Assembly: GCA_964270895.1 (NCBI GenBank)
Contig: OZ185435.1
Reading direction: 5' to 3' (one strand)
Length of the DNA: 64,000 nt
From: Podarcis filfolensis
Lineage: Eukaryota
Made by a program: the position numbers and the translations under genes. The notes beneath the pieces are model-generated. The model made no database searches. It had not been told where the DNA came from and saw only the letters and a program-made list of their open reading frames with translations. Shown here one piece after another: positions 1 through 11,766 of this stretch. Numbering within the stretch: the stretch's first letter is position 1; the number at the start of each line of letters is the position of its first letter.

Positions 1-3000
1 GGATGGCGATCGCGAGGACATTAAGAGCATCCAGGCATCGGGCGGTACCATCTGCGATCACCCTCAAAAGGTGGAGTGCAGAGGAGTGGACTACAAAGAG
101 CTCAGCGCATCTGAACTTGGACAGAACATGATCTGCGATATCAACACTGGACTCCTTTGTGAGAATGCCAAACAGAAAGGGAAGTACAAGATCTGTTACG
201 ACTATGAGATGAGAGCACTGTGTTGCGACTACAAGCACTGTGAAACCACCCCAGCGCCACTGGTCACAACAAGTGCCACCACCACAGAAGCCCCAGGTAG
301 CACAGTGGGCAAGAGCACGGCTCCAGTATCCTCCACGGGCTCGACACCACCTCCTGTTGTTCCCACCACCACCGAAAGCACCACCCTTGTTTCCACAACA
401 CCAGGAGAAACCACAGGAAAGCCAACAACCACAGAAATACCAGGCAGCACGGCAGGCAAGAGCACGCCTCCAGCATCCTCCACGGGCTCCACGCCACCTC
501 CCGTTGTATTCACCACCACCGAAAGCACCACCCTTGTTCCGACAACTCCAGGAGTTACAACAAGAAAGCCAACCACCACCACCCACTCAACGCCGCTTTC
601 CACCCTCCCTCTCACAACACCAGGCTCAGTCAGCACTGCTGCCGTCTCCACTGGAGTGGTCCCCACGGTGACAGCCACAACACTCCAGTCCACTCCTGTT
701 TCCAAGCCTTCCTCAACAATACCCACCACCGGGACCACTGCACAAACCCCTCCAGGCCTGCTGACCACAACAACCACCCTGGCTCCCCTTGTTACCACTA
801 CACCAGGAAGCACCACTACCGGTTGCCAACCCAAATGCCAGTGGACCTCTTGGTTCAGTTTTCACACTCCAAGCTCCGACCCTGGGGATGGCGATCGCGA
901 GGACATTAAGAGCATCCAGGCATCGGGCGGTACCATCTGCGATCACCCTCAAAAGGTGGAGTGCAGAGGAGTGGACTACAAAGAGCTCAGCGCATCTGAA
1001 CTTGGACAGAACATGATCTGCGATATCAACACTGGACTCCTTTGTGAGAATGCCAAACAGAAAGGGAAGTACAAGATCTGTTACGACTATGAGATGAGAG
1101 CACTGTGTTGCGACTACAAGCACTGTGAAACCACCCCAGCGCCACTGGTCACAACAAGTGCCACCACCACAGAAGCCCCAGGTAGCACAGTGGGCAAGAA
1201 CACGGCTCCAGTATCCTCCACGGGCTCGACACCACCTCCTGTTGTTCCCACCACCACCGAAAGCACCACCCTTGTTTCCACAACACCAGGAGAAACCACA
1301 GGAAAGCCAACAACCACAGAAACACCAGGCAGCACGGCAGGCAAGAGCACGCCTCCAGCATCCTCCACGGGCTCCACGCCACCTCCCGTTGTATTCACCA
1401 CCACCGAAAGCACCACCCTTGTTCCGACAACTCCAGGAGTTACAACAAGAAAGCCAACCACCACCACCCACTCAACGCCGCTTTCCACCCTCCCTCTCAC
1501 AACACCAGGCTCAGTCAGCACTGCTGCCGTCTCCACTGGAGTGGTCCCCACGGTGACAGCCACAACACTCCAGTCCACTCCTGTTTCCAAGCCTTCCTCA
1601 ACAATACCCACCACCGGGACCACTGCACAAACCCCTCCAGGCCTGCTGACCACAACAACCACCCTGGCTCCCCTTGTTACCACTACACCAGGAAGCACCA
1701 CTACCGGTTGCCAACCCAAATGCCAGTGGACCTCTTGGTTCAGTTTTCACACTCCAAGCTCTGACCCTGGGGATGGCGATCGCGAGGACATTAAGAGCAT
1801 CCAGGCATCGGGCGGTACCATCTGCGATCACCCTCAAAAGGTGGAGTGCAGAGGAGTGGACTACAAAGAGCTCAGCGCATCTGAACTTGGACAGAACATG
1901 ATCTGCGATATCAACACTGGACTCCTTTGTGAGAATGCCAAACAGAAAGGGAAGTACAAGATCTGTTACGACTATGAGATGAGAGCACTGTGTTGCGACT
2001 ACAAGCACTGTGAAACCACCCCAGCGCCACTGGTCACAACAAGTGCCACCACCACAGAAGCCCCAGGTAGCACAGTGGGCAAGAGCACGGCTCCAGTATC
2101 CTCCACGGGCTCTACACCACCTCCTGTTGTTCCCACCACCACCGAAAGCACCACCCTTGTTTCCACAACACCAGGAGAAACCACAGGAAAGCCAACAACC
2201 ACAGAAACACCAGGCAGCACGGCAGGCAAGAGCACGCCTCCAGCATCCTCCACGGGCTCCACGCCACCTCCCGTTGTATTCACCACCACCGAAAGCACCA
2301 CCCTTGTTCCGACAACTCCAGGAGTTACAACAAGAAAGCCAACCACCACCACCCACTCAACGCCGCTTTCCACCCTCCCTCTCACAACACCAGGCTCAGT
2401 CAGCACTGCTGCCGTCTCCACTGGAGTGGTCCCCACGGTGACAGCCACAACACTCCAGTCCACTCCTGTTTCCAAGCCTTCCTCAACAATACCCACCACC
2501 GGGACCACTGCACAAACCCCTCCAGGCCTGCTGACCACAACAACCACCCTGGCTCCCCTTGTTACCACTACACCAGGAAGCACCACTACCGGTTGCCAAC
2601 CCAAATGCCAGTGGACCTCTTGGTTCAGTTTTCACACTCCAAGCTCCGACCCTGGGGATGGCGATCACGAGGACATTAAGAGCATCCAGGCATCGGGCGG
2701 TACCATCTGCGATCACCCTCAAAAAGTGGAGTGCAGAGGAGTGGACTACAAAGAGCTCAGCGCATCTGAACTTGGACAGAACATGATCTGCGATATCAAC
2801 ACTGGACTCCTTTGTGAGAATGCCAAACAGAAAGGGAAGTACAAGATCTGTTACGACTATGAGATGAGAGCACTGTGTTGCGACTACAAGCACTGTGAAA
2901 CCACCCCAGCGCCACTGGTCACAACAAGTGCCACCACCACAGAAGCCCCAGGTAGCACAGTGGGCAAGAGCACGGCTCCAGCATCCTCCACGGGCTCTAC

Positions 3001-6000
3001 ACCACCTCCTGTTGTTCCCACCACCACCGAAAGCACCACCCTTGTTTCCACAACACCAGGAGAAACCACAGGAAAGCCAACAACCACAGAAACACCAGGC
3101 AGCACGGCAGGCAAGAGCACGCCTCCAGCATCCTCCACGGGCTCTACGCCACCTCCCGTTGTATTCACCACCACCGAAAGCACCACCCTTGTTCCGACAA
3201 CTCCAGGAGTTACAACAAGAAAGCCAACCACCACCACCCACTCAACGCCGCTTTCCACCCTCCCTCTCACAACACCAGGCTCAGTCAGCACTGCTGCCCT
3301 CTCCACTGGAGTGGTCCCCACGGTGACAGCCACAACACTCCAGTCCACTCCTGTTTCCAAGCCTTCCTCAACAATACCCACCACCGGGACCACTGCACAA
3401 ACCCCTCCAGGCCTGCTGACCACAACAACCACCCTGGCTCCCCTTGTTACCACTACACCAGGAAGCACCACTACCGGTTGCCAACCCAAATGCCAGTGGA
3501 CCTCTTGGTTCAGTTTTCACACTCCAAGCTCCGACCCTGGGGATGGCGATCGCGAGGACATTAAGAGCATCCAGGCATCGGGCGGTACCATCTGCGATCA
3601 CCCTCAAAAGGTGGAGTGCAGAGGAGTGGACTACAAAGAGCTCAGCGCATCTGAACTTGGACAGAACATGATCTGCGATATCAACACTGGACTCCTTTGT
3701 GAGAATGCCAAACAGAAAGGGAAGTACAAGATCTGTTACGACTATGAGATGAGAGCACTGTGTTGCGACTACAAGCACTGTGAAACCACCCCAGCGCCAC
3801 TGGTCACAACAAGTGCCACCACCACAGAAGCCCCAGGTAGCACAGTGGGCAAGAGCACGGCTCCAGTATCCTCCACGGGCTCGACACCACCTCCTGTTGT
3901 TCCCACCACCACCGAAAGCACCACCCTTGTTTCCACAACACCAGGAGAAACCACAGGAAAGCCAACAACCACAGAAACACCAGGCAGCACGGCAGGCAAG
4001 AGCACGCCTCCAGCATCCTCCACGGGCTCTACGCCACCTCCCGTTGTATTCACCACCACCGAAAGCACCACCCTTGTTCCGACAACTCCAGGAGTTACAA
4101 CAAGAAAGCCAACCACCACCACCCACTCAACGCCGCTTTCCACCCTCCCTCTCACAACACCAGGCTCAGTCAGCACTGCTGCCCTCTCCACTGGAGTGGT
4201 CCCCACGGTGACAGCCACAACACTCCAGTCCACTCCTGTTTCCAAGCCTTCCTCAACAATACCCACCACCGGGACCACTGCACAAACCCCTCCAGGCCTG
4301 CTGACCACAACAACCACCCTGGCTCCCCTTGTTACCACTACACCAGGAAGCACCACTACCGGTTGCCAACCCAAATGCCAGTGGACCTCTTGGTTCAGTT
4401 TTCACACTCCAAGCTCCGACCCTGGGGATGGCGATCGCGAGGACATTAAGAGCATCCAGGCATCGGGCGGTACCATCTGCGATCACCCTCAAAAGGTGGA
4501 GTGCAGAGGAGTGGACTACAAAGAGCTCAGCGCATCTGAACTTGGACAGAACATGATCTGCGATATCAACACTGGACTCCTTTGTGAGAATGCCAAACAG
4601 AAAGGGAAGTACAAGATCTGTTACGACTATGAGATGAGAGCACTGTGTTGCGACTACAAGCACTGTGAAACCACCCCAGCGCCACTGGTCACAACAAGTG
4701 CCACCACCACAGAAGCCCCAGGTAGCACAGTGGGCAAGAGCACGGCTCCAGCATCCTCCACGGGCTCTACACCACCTCCTGTTGTTCCCACCACCACCGA
4801 AAGCACCACCCTTGTTTCCACAACACCAGGAGAAACCACAGGAAAGCCAACAACCACAGAAACACCAGGCAGCACGGCAGGCAAGAGCACGCCTCCAGCT
4901 TCCTCCACGGGCTCCACGCCACCTCCCGTTGTATTCACCACCACCGAAAGCACCACCCTTGTTCCGACAACTCCAGGAGTTACAACAAGAAAGCCAACCA
5001 CCACCACCCACTCAACGCCGCTTTCCACCCTCCCTCTCACAACACCAGGCTCAGTCAGCACTGCTGCCGTCTCCACTGGAGTGGTCCCCACGGTGACAGC
5101 CACAACACTCCAGTCCACTCCTGTTTCCAAGCCTTCCTCAACAATACCCACCACCGGGACCACTGCACAAACCCCTCCAGGCCTGCTGACCACAACAACC
5201 ACCCTGGCTCCCCTTGTTACCACTACACCAGGAAGCACCACTACCGGTTGCCAACCCAAATGCCAGTGGACCTCTTGGTTCAGTTTTCACACTCCAAGCT
5301 CCGACCCTGGGGATGGCGATCGCGAGGACATTAAGAGCATCCAGGCATCGGGCGGTACCATCTGCGATCACCCTCAAAAGGTGGAGTGCAGAGGAGTGGA
5401 CTACAAAGAGCTCAGCGCATCTGAACTTGGACAGAACATGATCTGCGATATCAACACTGGACTCCTTTGTGAGAATGCCAAACAGAAAGGGAAGTACAAG
5501 ATCTGTTACGACTATGAGATGAGAGCACTGTGTTGCGACTACAAGCACTGTGAAACCACCCCAGCGCCACTGGTCACAACAAGTGCCACCACCACAGAAG
5601 CCCCAGGTAGCACAGTGGGCAAGAGCACGGCTCCAGCATCCTCCACGGGCTCTACACCACCTCCTGTTGTTCCCACCACCACCGAAAGCACCACCCTTGT
5701 TTCCACAACACCAGGAGAAACCACAGGAAAGCCAACAACCACAGAAACACCAGGCAGCACGGCAGGCAAGAGCACGGCTCCAGCTTCCTCCACGGGCTCC
5801 ACGCCACCTCCCGTTGTATTCACCACCACCGAAAGCACCACCCTTGTTCCGACAACTCCAGGAGTTACAACAAGAAAGCCAACCGCCACCACCCACTCAA
5901 CGCCGCTTTCCACCCTCCCTCTCACAACACCAGGCTCAGTCAGCACTGCTGCCGTCTCCACTGGAGTGGTCCCCACGGTGACAGCCACAACACTCCAGTC

Positions 6001-7018
6001 CACTCCTGTTTCCAAGCCTTCCTCAACAATACCCACCACAGGGACCACTGCACAAACCCCTCCAGGCCTGCTGACCACAACAACCACCCTGGCTCCCCTT
6101 GTTACCACTACACCAGGAAGCACCACTACCGGTTGCCAACCGAAATGCCAGTGGACCTCTTGGTTCAGTTTTCACACTCCAAGCTCCGACCCTGGGGATG
6201 GCGATCGCGAGGACATTAAGAGCATCCAGGCATCGGGCGGTACCATCTGCGATCACCCTCAAAAGGTGGAGTGCAGAGGAGTGGACTACAAAGAGCTCAG
6301 CGCATCTGAACTTGGACAGAACATGATCTGCGATATCAACACTGGACTCCTTTGTGAGAATGCCAAACAGAAAGGGAAGTACAAGATCTGTTACGACTAT
6401 GAGATGAGAGCACTGTGTTGCGACTACAAGCACTGTGAAACCACCCCAGCGCCACTGGTCACAACAAGTGCCACCACCACAGAAGCCCCAGGTAGCACAG
6501 TGGGCAAGAGCACGGCTCCAGTATCCTCCACGGGCTCGACACCACCTCCTGTTGTTCCCACCACCACCGAAAGCACCACCCTTGTTTCCACAACACCAGG
6601 AGAAACCACAGGAAAGCCAACAACCACAGAAACACCAGGCAGCACGGCAGGCAAGAGCACGGCTCCAGCTTCCTCCACAGGCCCTACACCACCTCCTGTT
6701 GTTCACACCACCACTGAAAGCACCACCCTTGTTCCGACAACTCCAGGAGTTACAACAAGAAAGCCAACCACCACCACCCACTCAACGCCGCTTTCCACCC
6801 TCCCTCTCACAACACCAGGCTCAGTCAGCACTGCTGCCGTCTCCACTGGAGTGGTCCCCACGGTGACAGCCACAACACTCCAGTCCACTCCTGTTTCCAA
6901 GCCTTCCTCAACAATACCCACCACCGGGACCACTGCACAAACCCCTCCAGGCCTGCTGACCACAACAACCACCCTGGCTCCCCTTGTTACCACTACGCTA
7001 GAAATTACCTCTACTGTG
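1..7018 (+). repeat. 885-bp (295-aa) coding tandem repeat, ~8 units in window
   Basis: CysD start codons recur at 824, 1709, 2594, 3479, 4364, 5249, 6134 and, diverged, at 7019. Only scattered single-base differences separate the units. Confidence 0.97.
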
Positions 7019-8003
7019 TGCCTCCCTAAGTGTAACTGGACCTCCTGGTATGATTTGCACCGTCCTACCAGCAGTCCAGATGATGGCGATATAGAGAATT
7101 TTGAGACCATTCGAAAAGCTGGAGGAAATATTTGCAAACATCCACAAGACATTGAATGCAGAGCTGAGAATCACCCTGATGTCAGCCTGTATCTGCTTGG
7201 TCAGGAAGTGCAATGTAACCTCCATGTTGGACTTTTGTGCGAAAATTCAAAGCAAACCGACAAAATGTGTTATAACTTCCAGGTTAGATACCAGTGCTGT
7301 GAATACAAGCCCTGCCATCCTAGCACAACACCACTGAGCACACCTGCTGCTTCTACCACAGAAAAACCTGGCAGCACCGCTGGCAAAAGCACAACTCCAG
7401 CATCCTCCACGGGTTCTACGCCACCTCCCATTGTATTTACCACCACCCAAAGCTCCACTCTTGTTTCCACAACTCCAGGAGTAACCACAGGAAAGCCAAC
7501 GACCACAGAAACACCAGGCAGCACTGCTGGCAAGAGTACAGCTCCAGCATCCTCCACAGGTTCTACGCCACCTCCCATTGTATTCACCACCACCGAAAGC
7601 ACCACCCTTGTTTCTACAACACCAGGAGTAACCACAGGAAAGCCAACAACCACAGAAACACCAGGCAGCACTGCTGGCAAGAGTACAGCTCCAGTATCCT
7701 CCACAGCTTCTACACCACCTCCCATTGTAGTCACTACCACCCAAAGCACCACCCTTCTTTCCACCACTCCTGGAATTACAACAGGAAACCCCATGACCAC
7801 CATCCCTTTCTCAACCCCTGGCTCCGTCAGCACACCTTCCATCACTTCTGGAGTGGCTTCCACCGTTTCAACCACATCTCTTCCATCTACCCATGTTTCC
7901 ATACCTGTGTCGACGATATCCACTACTGGGATTACTGTAGAAACAGCAACTGTCCCTACCAGAGTGCCATTTTCCACTAAGCCTTTGGTCGTTGTTACAA
8001 CAG
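1..8003 (+). CDS. MUC5B: Mucin giant central exon, 3' part (5' end outside window): CysD + PTS tandem array
   Basis: Stop-free frame from base 2 (DGDREDIKS...). Ten-Cys CysD domains with WxxW alternate with Thr/Ser/Pro-rich tracts. Donor ACAG|GTAATT at 8003/8004, phase 1. MUC5B call rests on downstream exon similarity and adjacency to TOLLIP. Confidence 0.85.
7367..7807 (+). repeat. Three 147-bp (49-aa) PTS subrepeats after the terminal CysD
   Basis: PGSTAGKST... units start at 7367, 7514 and 7661. The same 147-bp module occurs twice in each 885-bp unit (e.g. 293 and 440). Confidence 0.9.
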
Positions 8004-8697
8004 GTAATTACAGAATGAATCTGCATATCCTGGTATGAAAATCTTGTTACCTTTGGTAAATATTCCAACGGTTAAATTTATTACATGTTACTCAATTACA
8101 GGTGTCATGCCAAATGTTAGCAAATTGTTTCATATTAATGGGGGCTTGGTGATCTTATTTCATATACCACCCTTTTCAAAAATTGGTATCTATCCCAATT
8201 ATGAAACCTAGTGTCTATCAGCTAGCAACTTATCAAAAATGTTTGCCTAGATCTCAGTGTGCATTTTTCAAAGAAGTTTTCAATGCTATTACAAGTAGTA
8301 GATAGCTCTCTGGCTAGATATTTGGAATTTTATTAACAGCACCTTTGGACTGGAGGGGTGTGTTTCTTGATACTGGGAGGAATATAGCTGGATTCCCCTG
8401 TTTCTTGATAGTATTGTAGGTGTATAATAAGAAAAGCAAGTAAGCAAAGTATTGATCTGATCCATTAAACTGGTTTTTGTAGTACAATTATCAAGTTAAA
8501 TTCTCCAGCCCTAAAGATACATGTAAGTCCGGTTGAGCTCAGTTGGAATTCTGAATTGTTATGCTTCAGTTGGTGCTTTGGAAGTGTACACTGAAGTCTT
8601 AAGTATCTACAGTGTTTAGCATCCATTTCCAGCAGTATGTCTTCAAGCAGTACGTAACAACTGTTATACATTTATTTCTTTTCTATTGTGTCTTCAG

Positions 8698-8811
8698 CAG
8701 CAACAAGTACTTCCATACCTTCTACAACAGGAACTACAACAGTCACTTTGAGCAGAACAACTCCATGTTTCTGCCGTGTGCCCGGATTTAGTAAGGGCTT
8801 GTTTTCTCCTG
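8698..8811 (+). CDS. MUC5B: Mucin exon: end of PTS + PCFC motif
   Basis: TTCAG|CAG acceptor, |GTGAG donor, 114 nt, phase 1-1. Encodes ...TTPCFCRVPGFSKGLFSPG, compared with human MUC5B PCFCRAFGQFFSPG. Confidence 0.9.
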
Positions 8812-9659
8812 GTGAGTTTCTCTTAATGAATTTGAAAAGCAGCTGAAGCAATGTTTTCATTCACATATTGCTTTGATTGTACATATGCTCAACATACGTC
8901 CTTCCTTATACCTACATCATGATTGTGCACCACTCTCCACAGGGGAGTCTACTTTGGTGCTCTGCTGTATAGTTTGAGGAGGAGTAGAAACCTTTTTACT
9001 TACTTTTTACATTTACATTTAAATCATTTTATTAATCCTGCTTTATCTGGGTTTTTTGTTTGTTTTTTGCAAGTTTGGGGCTGATATTTTCAATGCTTTA
9101 TTGAATTTATGTATCTGTGTTTTACTCTACACTGCTTTACATGTTTTAACAACCTAGGGAACAAAAGTATTAGCTGAGATGAATTCTGTAATTCTCTCAT
9201 GCCATAAATTCTTTGAACAGTATTGAACCACAGAGATGTCAATAGATCCATCTCTCACCTATCCCCTATCCCCTTTTACAACTGACTCATATTCATGTAC
9301 ATCTACTACTATCTGCCAGCCATTACTTTTAACAGGTGGCCAACATGTCCTTTTACTCCCTAGGATTGTGAGTCACAAGTTATACTTGTATATGATTTAC
9401 TGGCTAAGGACCAACTGGGGAAAAGGCCTTGGCTGAACCTCCTGCTGATCTCCCATGGTGGTGTGGGGTTGGAGCTTGCCCACTACAAATTACACAATCC
9501 AATGCATGCTTTCTCAGACTTGCTGCTGAGAGTTGCACTGCATGTCAGTAGACAAATTCATCTGAACTTTATTTGCATTTTAGAACGTTATGACATGTTT
9601 TGTTTTATAATTTTCGTACATGGTGCTTTATGATAAATTCCCTCCTTTTTTTAAAATAG

Positions 9660-9925
9660 GGGAAGTAATATACAATAGAACTGATAGTTCCGGATGCAGT
9701 TTTTATGCAGTTTGCAACAGAAGCTGTGAAATTGAGGTGTTCCAGGGACCATGTCCTTCAACAACTCCTTCCCACCCATCAACACCATCAGTTACAACTG
9801 CAGGAACCCAGCCTTCTCCGTCACCCACTACTGTTGTTCCATCAACCAGAGTATACACTACTGCAGCTGTATCAACCCCCACAACTCCTGTAACAGGTTG
9901 CCCTGATATTGATCCACCAAGAAAG
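9660..9925 (+). CDS. MUC5B: Mucin exon: pre-D4 Cys-rich segment + short PTS
   Basis: ATAG| ... AAG|GTGAT. Encodes GEVIYNRTDSSGCSFYAVCNRSCEIEVFQGPC...GCPDIDPPRK, compared with human GEVIYNKTDRAGCHFYAVCNQHC. Confidence 0.93.
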
Positions 9926-10463
9926 GTGATTAGCATTGTTTTCATACATACATTGGGGATAGCTTTTGCTAGCTGATGAGAGGCTGTAGCCCTAAACATC
10001 AAAAGGGCTCCATGTTGGGGAAAGCTGTTGGCTACCAAATGCCTCTCTCACTCCATTTTCACCCATCTTAAAAACCATCAAATGAATCCTCTCTTGGTGA
10101 ACGAGGTGTCTATGTTGAAAAGAAAATCCTGACTACCCCAGGGACTTTTGCCCACAATTCATGCTGTATGAGCACCACTGTTTTGGGTGGTATGAGGAGC
10201 TGTTATGTGAACATGCACTTGGTCACAATCAACTCTCTTGTTATAGATCTTATTTGTGCTATTGATCTCACTGAAAATGGATGGGGATCTTGATGTTACT
10301 GCATTCAAAGTCTCATTATCCCTGACCACTGGTGGTTGGAACTGGTGGGAACTGGAATCCAACAACTTTGGGTAGGCTACAGGTTGCCTACCCCTGCCAC
10401 AGAGTCATATATGGAGAAATCTCAAGTCCATTCCGAATGTTCTTGTTTGCCTCACTTTTCTAA

Positions 10464-10650
10464 AACATAGCAAGCTGGCTTATACCAAGGCAGACTATGG
10501 GTCTATCTATCTCACTCTTGTCCTTGTTGACTGCTAATGACTCCTCAGGGTTTCATATAGGAGTCTTCCCTGGGGCTATCTGGAGTTGCTAAGGATTAAA
10601 CATGGGACCTTTTGCATGCACACCATGTGCTCTACCATTGAGAAACAGCC
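10464..10650 (-). mobile_element. tRNA-derived SINE with CR1-type tail, degenerate
   Basis: The reverse strand begins with a tRNA-like head (GGCTGTTTCTCAATGGTAGAGCAC...AAGGTCCCATGTTTAATCC) and ends ...CCAGCTTGCTATGTT, resembling an abundant squamate SINE. Family assignment is from memory. Confidence 0.55.
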
Positions 10651-10784
10651 TCTCCCCCTAACACCCCATTTTGCCTCCAGATGGGTTTTCCTCTTCCAGT
10701 AGGACAAGAACCCTTGGTAGTGGAGATGGTGTCTTTCTAAGAGTATGACACTTGTAGAATATTTTCTCTCTGGTTTCCCTCTAG

Positions 10785-10953
10785 ACCAATGAAACTTGGA
10801 TGTTTAACAACTGCACTGTGGCAACTTGTGAAGGAAACAACAAAATAGTTCTGAAGCCGCAACCACCTGTAGAGAAGACAGTATGTGTGAGTGGACTCCC
10901 ACCGATAAAAATAGTAGATAAGGATGGCTGTGTCGAACGCTATGAATGTGAAT
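10785..10953 (+). CDS. MUC5B: Mucin exon: Cys-rich module preceding VWD4
   Basis: CTAG| ... T|GTAAG, 169 nt. Encodes TNETWMFNNCTVATCEGNNK...DGCVERYECE. Confidence 0.93.
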
Positions 10954-11518
10954 GTAAGTATAACTGAGCATTCAGAAAAAGTACATATATCTTTATGATA
11001 TGGAATGAGAGATTAAGATATTTAACTTACAGGACTGTATCATACAAAGCTCAGGGGGTGTAATGTCATGCAGTTGCAATTCCATTTATTGAGGGAGGTG
11101 AGACTTTTGAGGGTCTTTCAGGGAAGGCTATGGATTTGCAGAAGCCTAAACCTCTTGTTTCTCTAGCATACTCCTAAAAAAGTCAATGGGTGGCTTTTCG
11201 TATTTCAATGGAAAGGAGTAAGGGAGAAAATGCTGTGATTCAACCAATTCCTGTCCTGGCTGTCACTAGTCATCAGGACTCTGGCTATGGCAGTTGTTTC
11301 ACCACAAAATCTGCACCATCAACATTGCTCTCCTAGAATTCTCTTATTATTCCCACTTTCTAATTGGTGTACCAAACTAGGACCTAGGCCATCAAAGTTA
11401 ATACAAGCAACAGCATAATAACCAATGATTTCACAGTGTATATTTACTTTGGTTACTCTGGTTCGCTCAAGACTACACTCCAGGTGAACCTTATTTGATC
11501 TTTTGATTTCTGTTACAG

Positions 11519-11766
11519 GTATTTGCACTGGTTGGGATGCTAACTATCTGACATTTGATGGCACTTATTACACTTTCTATGACAACTGCACTTACATCTT
11601 GGTGAAAGAGATTGTGAATATACATGGAAACCTCAGTGTTTTGCTTGACAATTATTTCTGTGATGTCACTAACAATCAGCCCTGTTCCAGAGCCATCATT
11701 GTAAATTACAACTCAATGGAAGTTGTGCTAAGCAGCGAAGTGCATGAAGGAGTGAGAATTAACAAG
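11519..11766 (+). CDS. MUC5B: Mucin exon: VWD4 first half
   Basis: ACAG| ... AAG|GTAC, 248 nt. Encodes CICTGWDANYLTFDGTYYTFYDNCTYILVKEI...LDNYFC. Confidence 0.95.

Noticed and set aside
71-73. ORF-track start 'M' for the 2655-aa ORF
   Set aside because: It is a GTG (Val) inside a CysD; the frame is open from base 2 and continues upstream.
1-7018. CRISPR-like or satellite interpretation of the array
   Set aside because: The units are coding and in frame with no unique spacers, and the context is eukaryotic.
229-7977. Repeated long antisense and alternate-frame ORFs (201, 252, 143, 75 aa) over the array
   Set aside because: They are shadows of PTS codon bias (ACN/CCN/TCN avoid stops in other frames), multiplied by the repeat, and show no domain features.
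8004-8038. Read-through tail GNYRMNLHILV-stop as a truncated mucin isoform
   Set aside because: It follows a good donor (CAG|GTAATT), and I found no AATAAA in the intron to support intronic polyadenylation.
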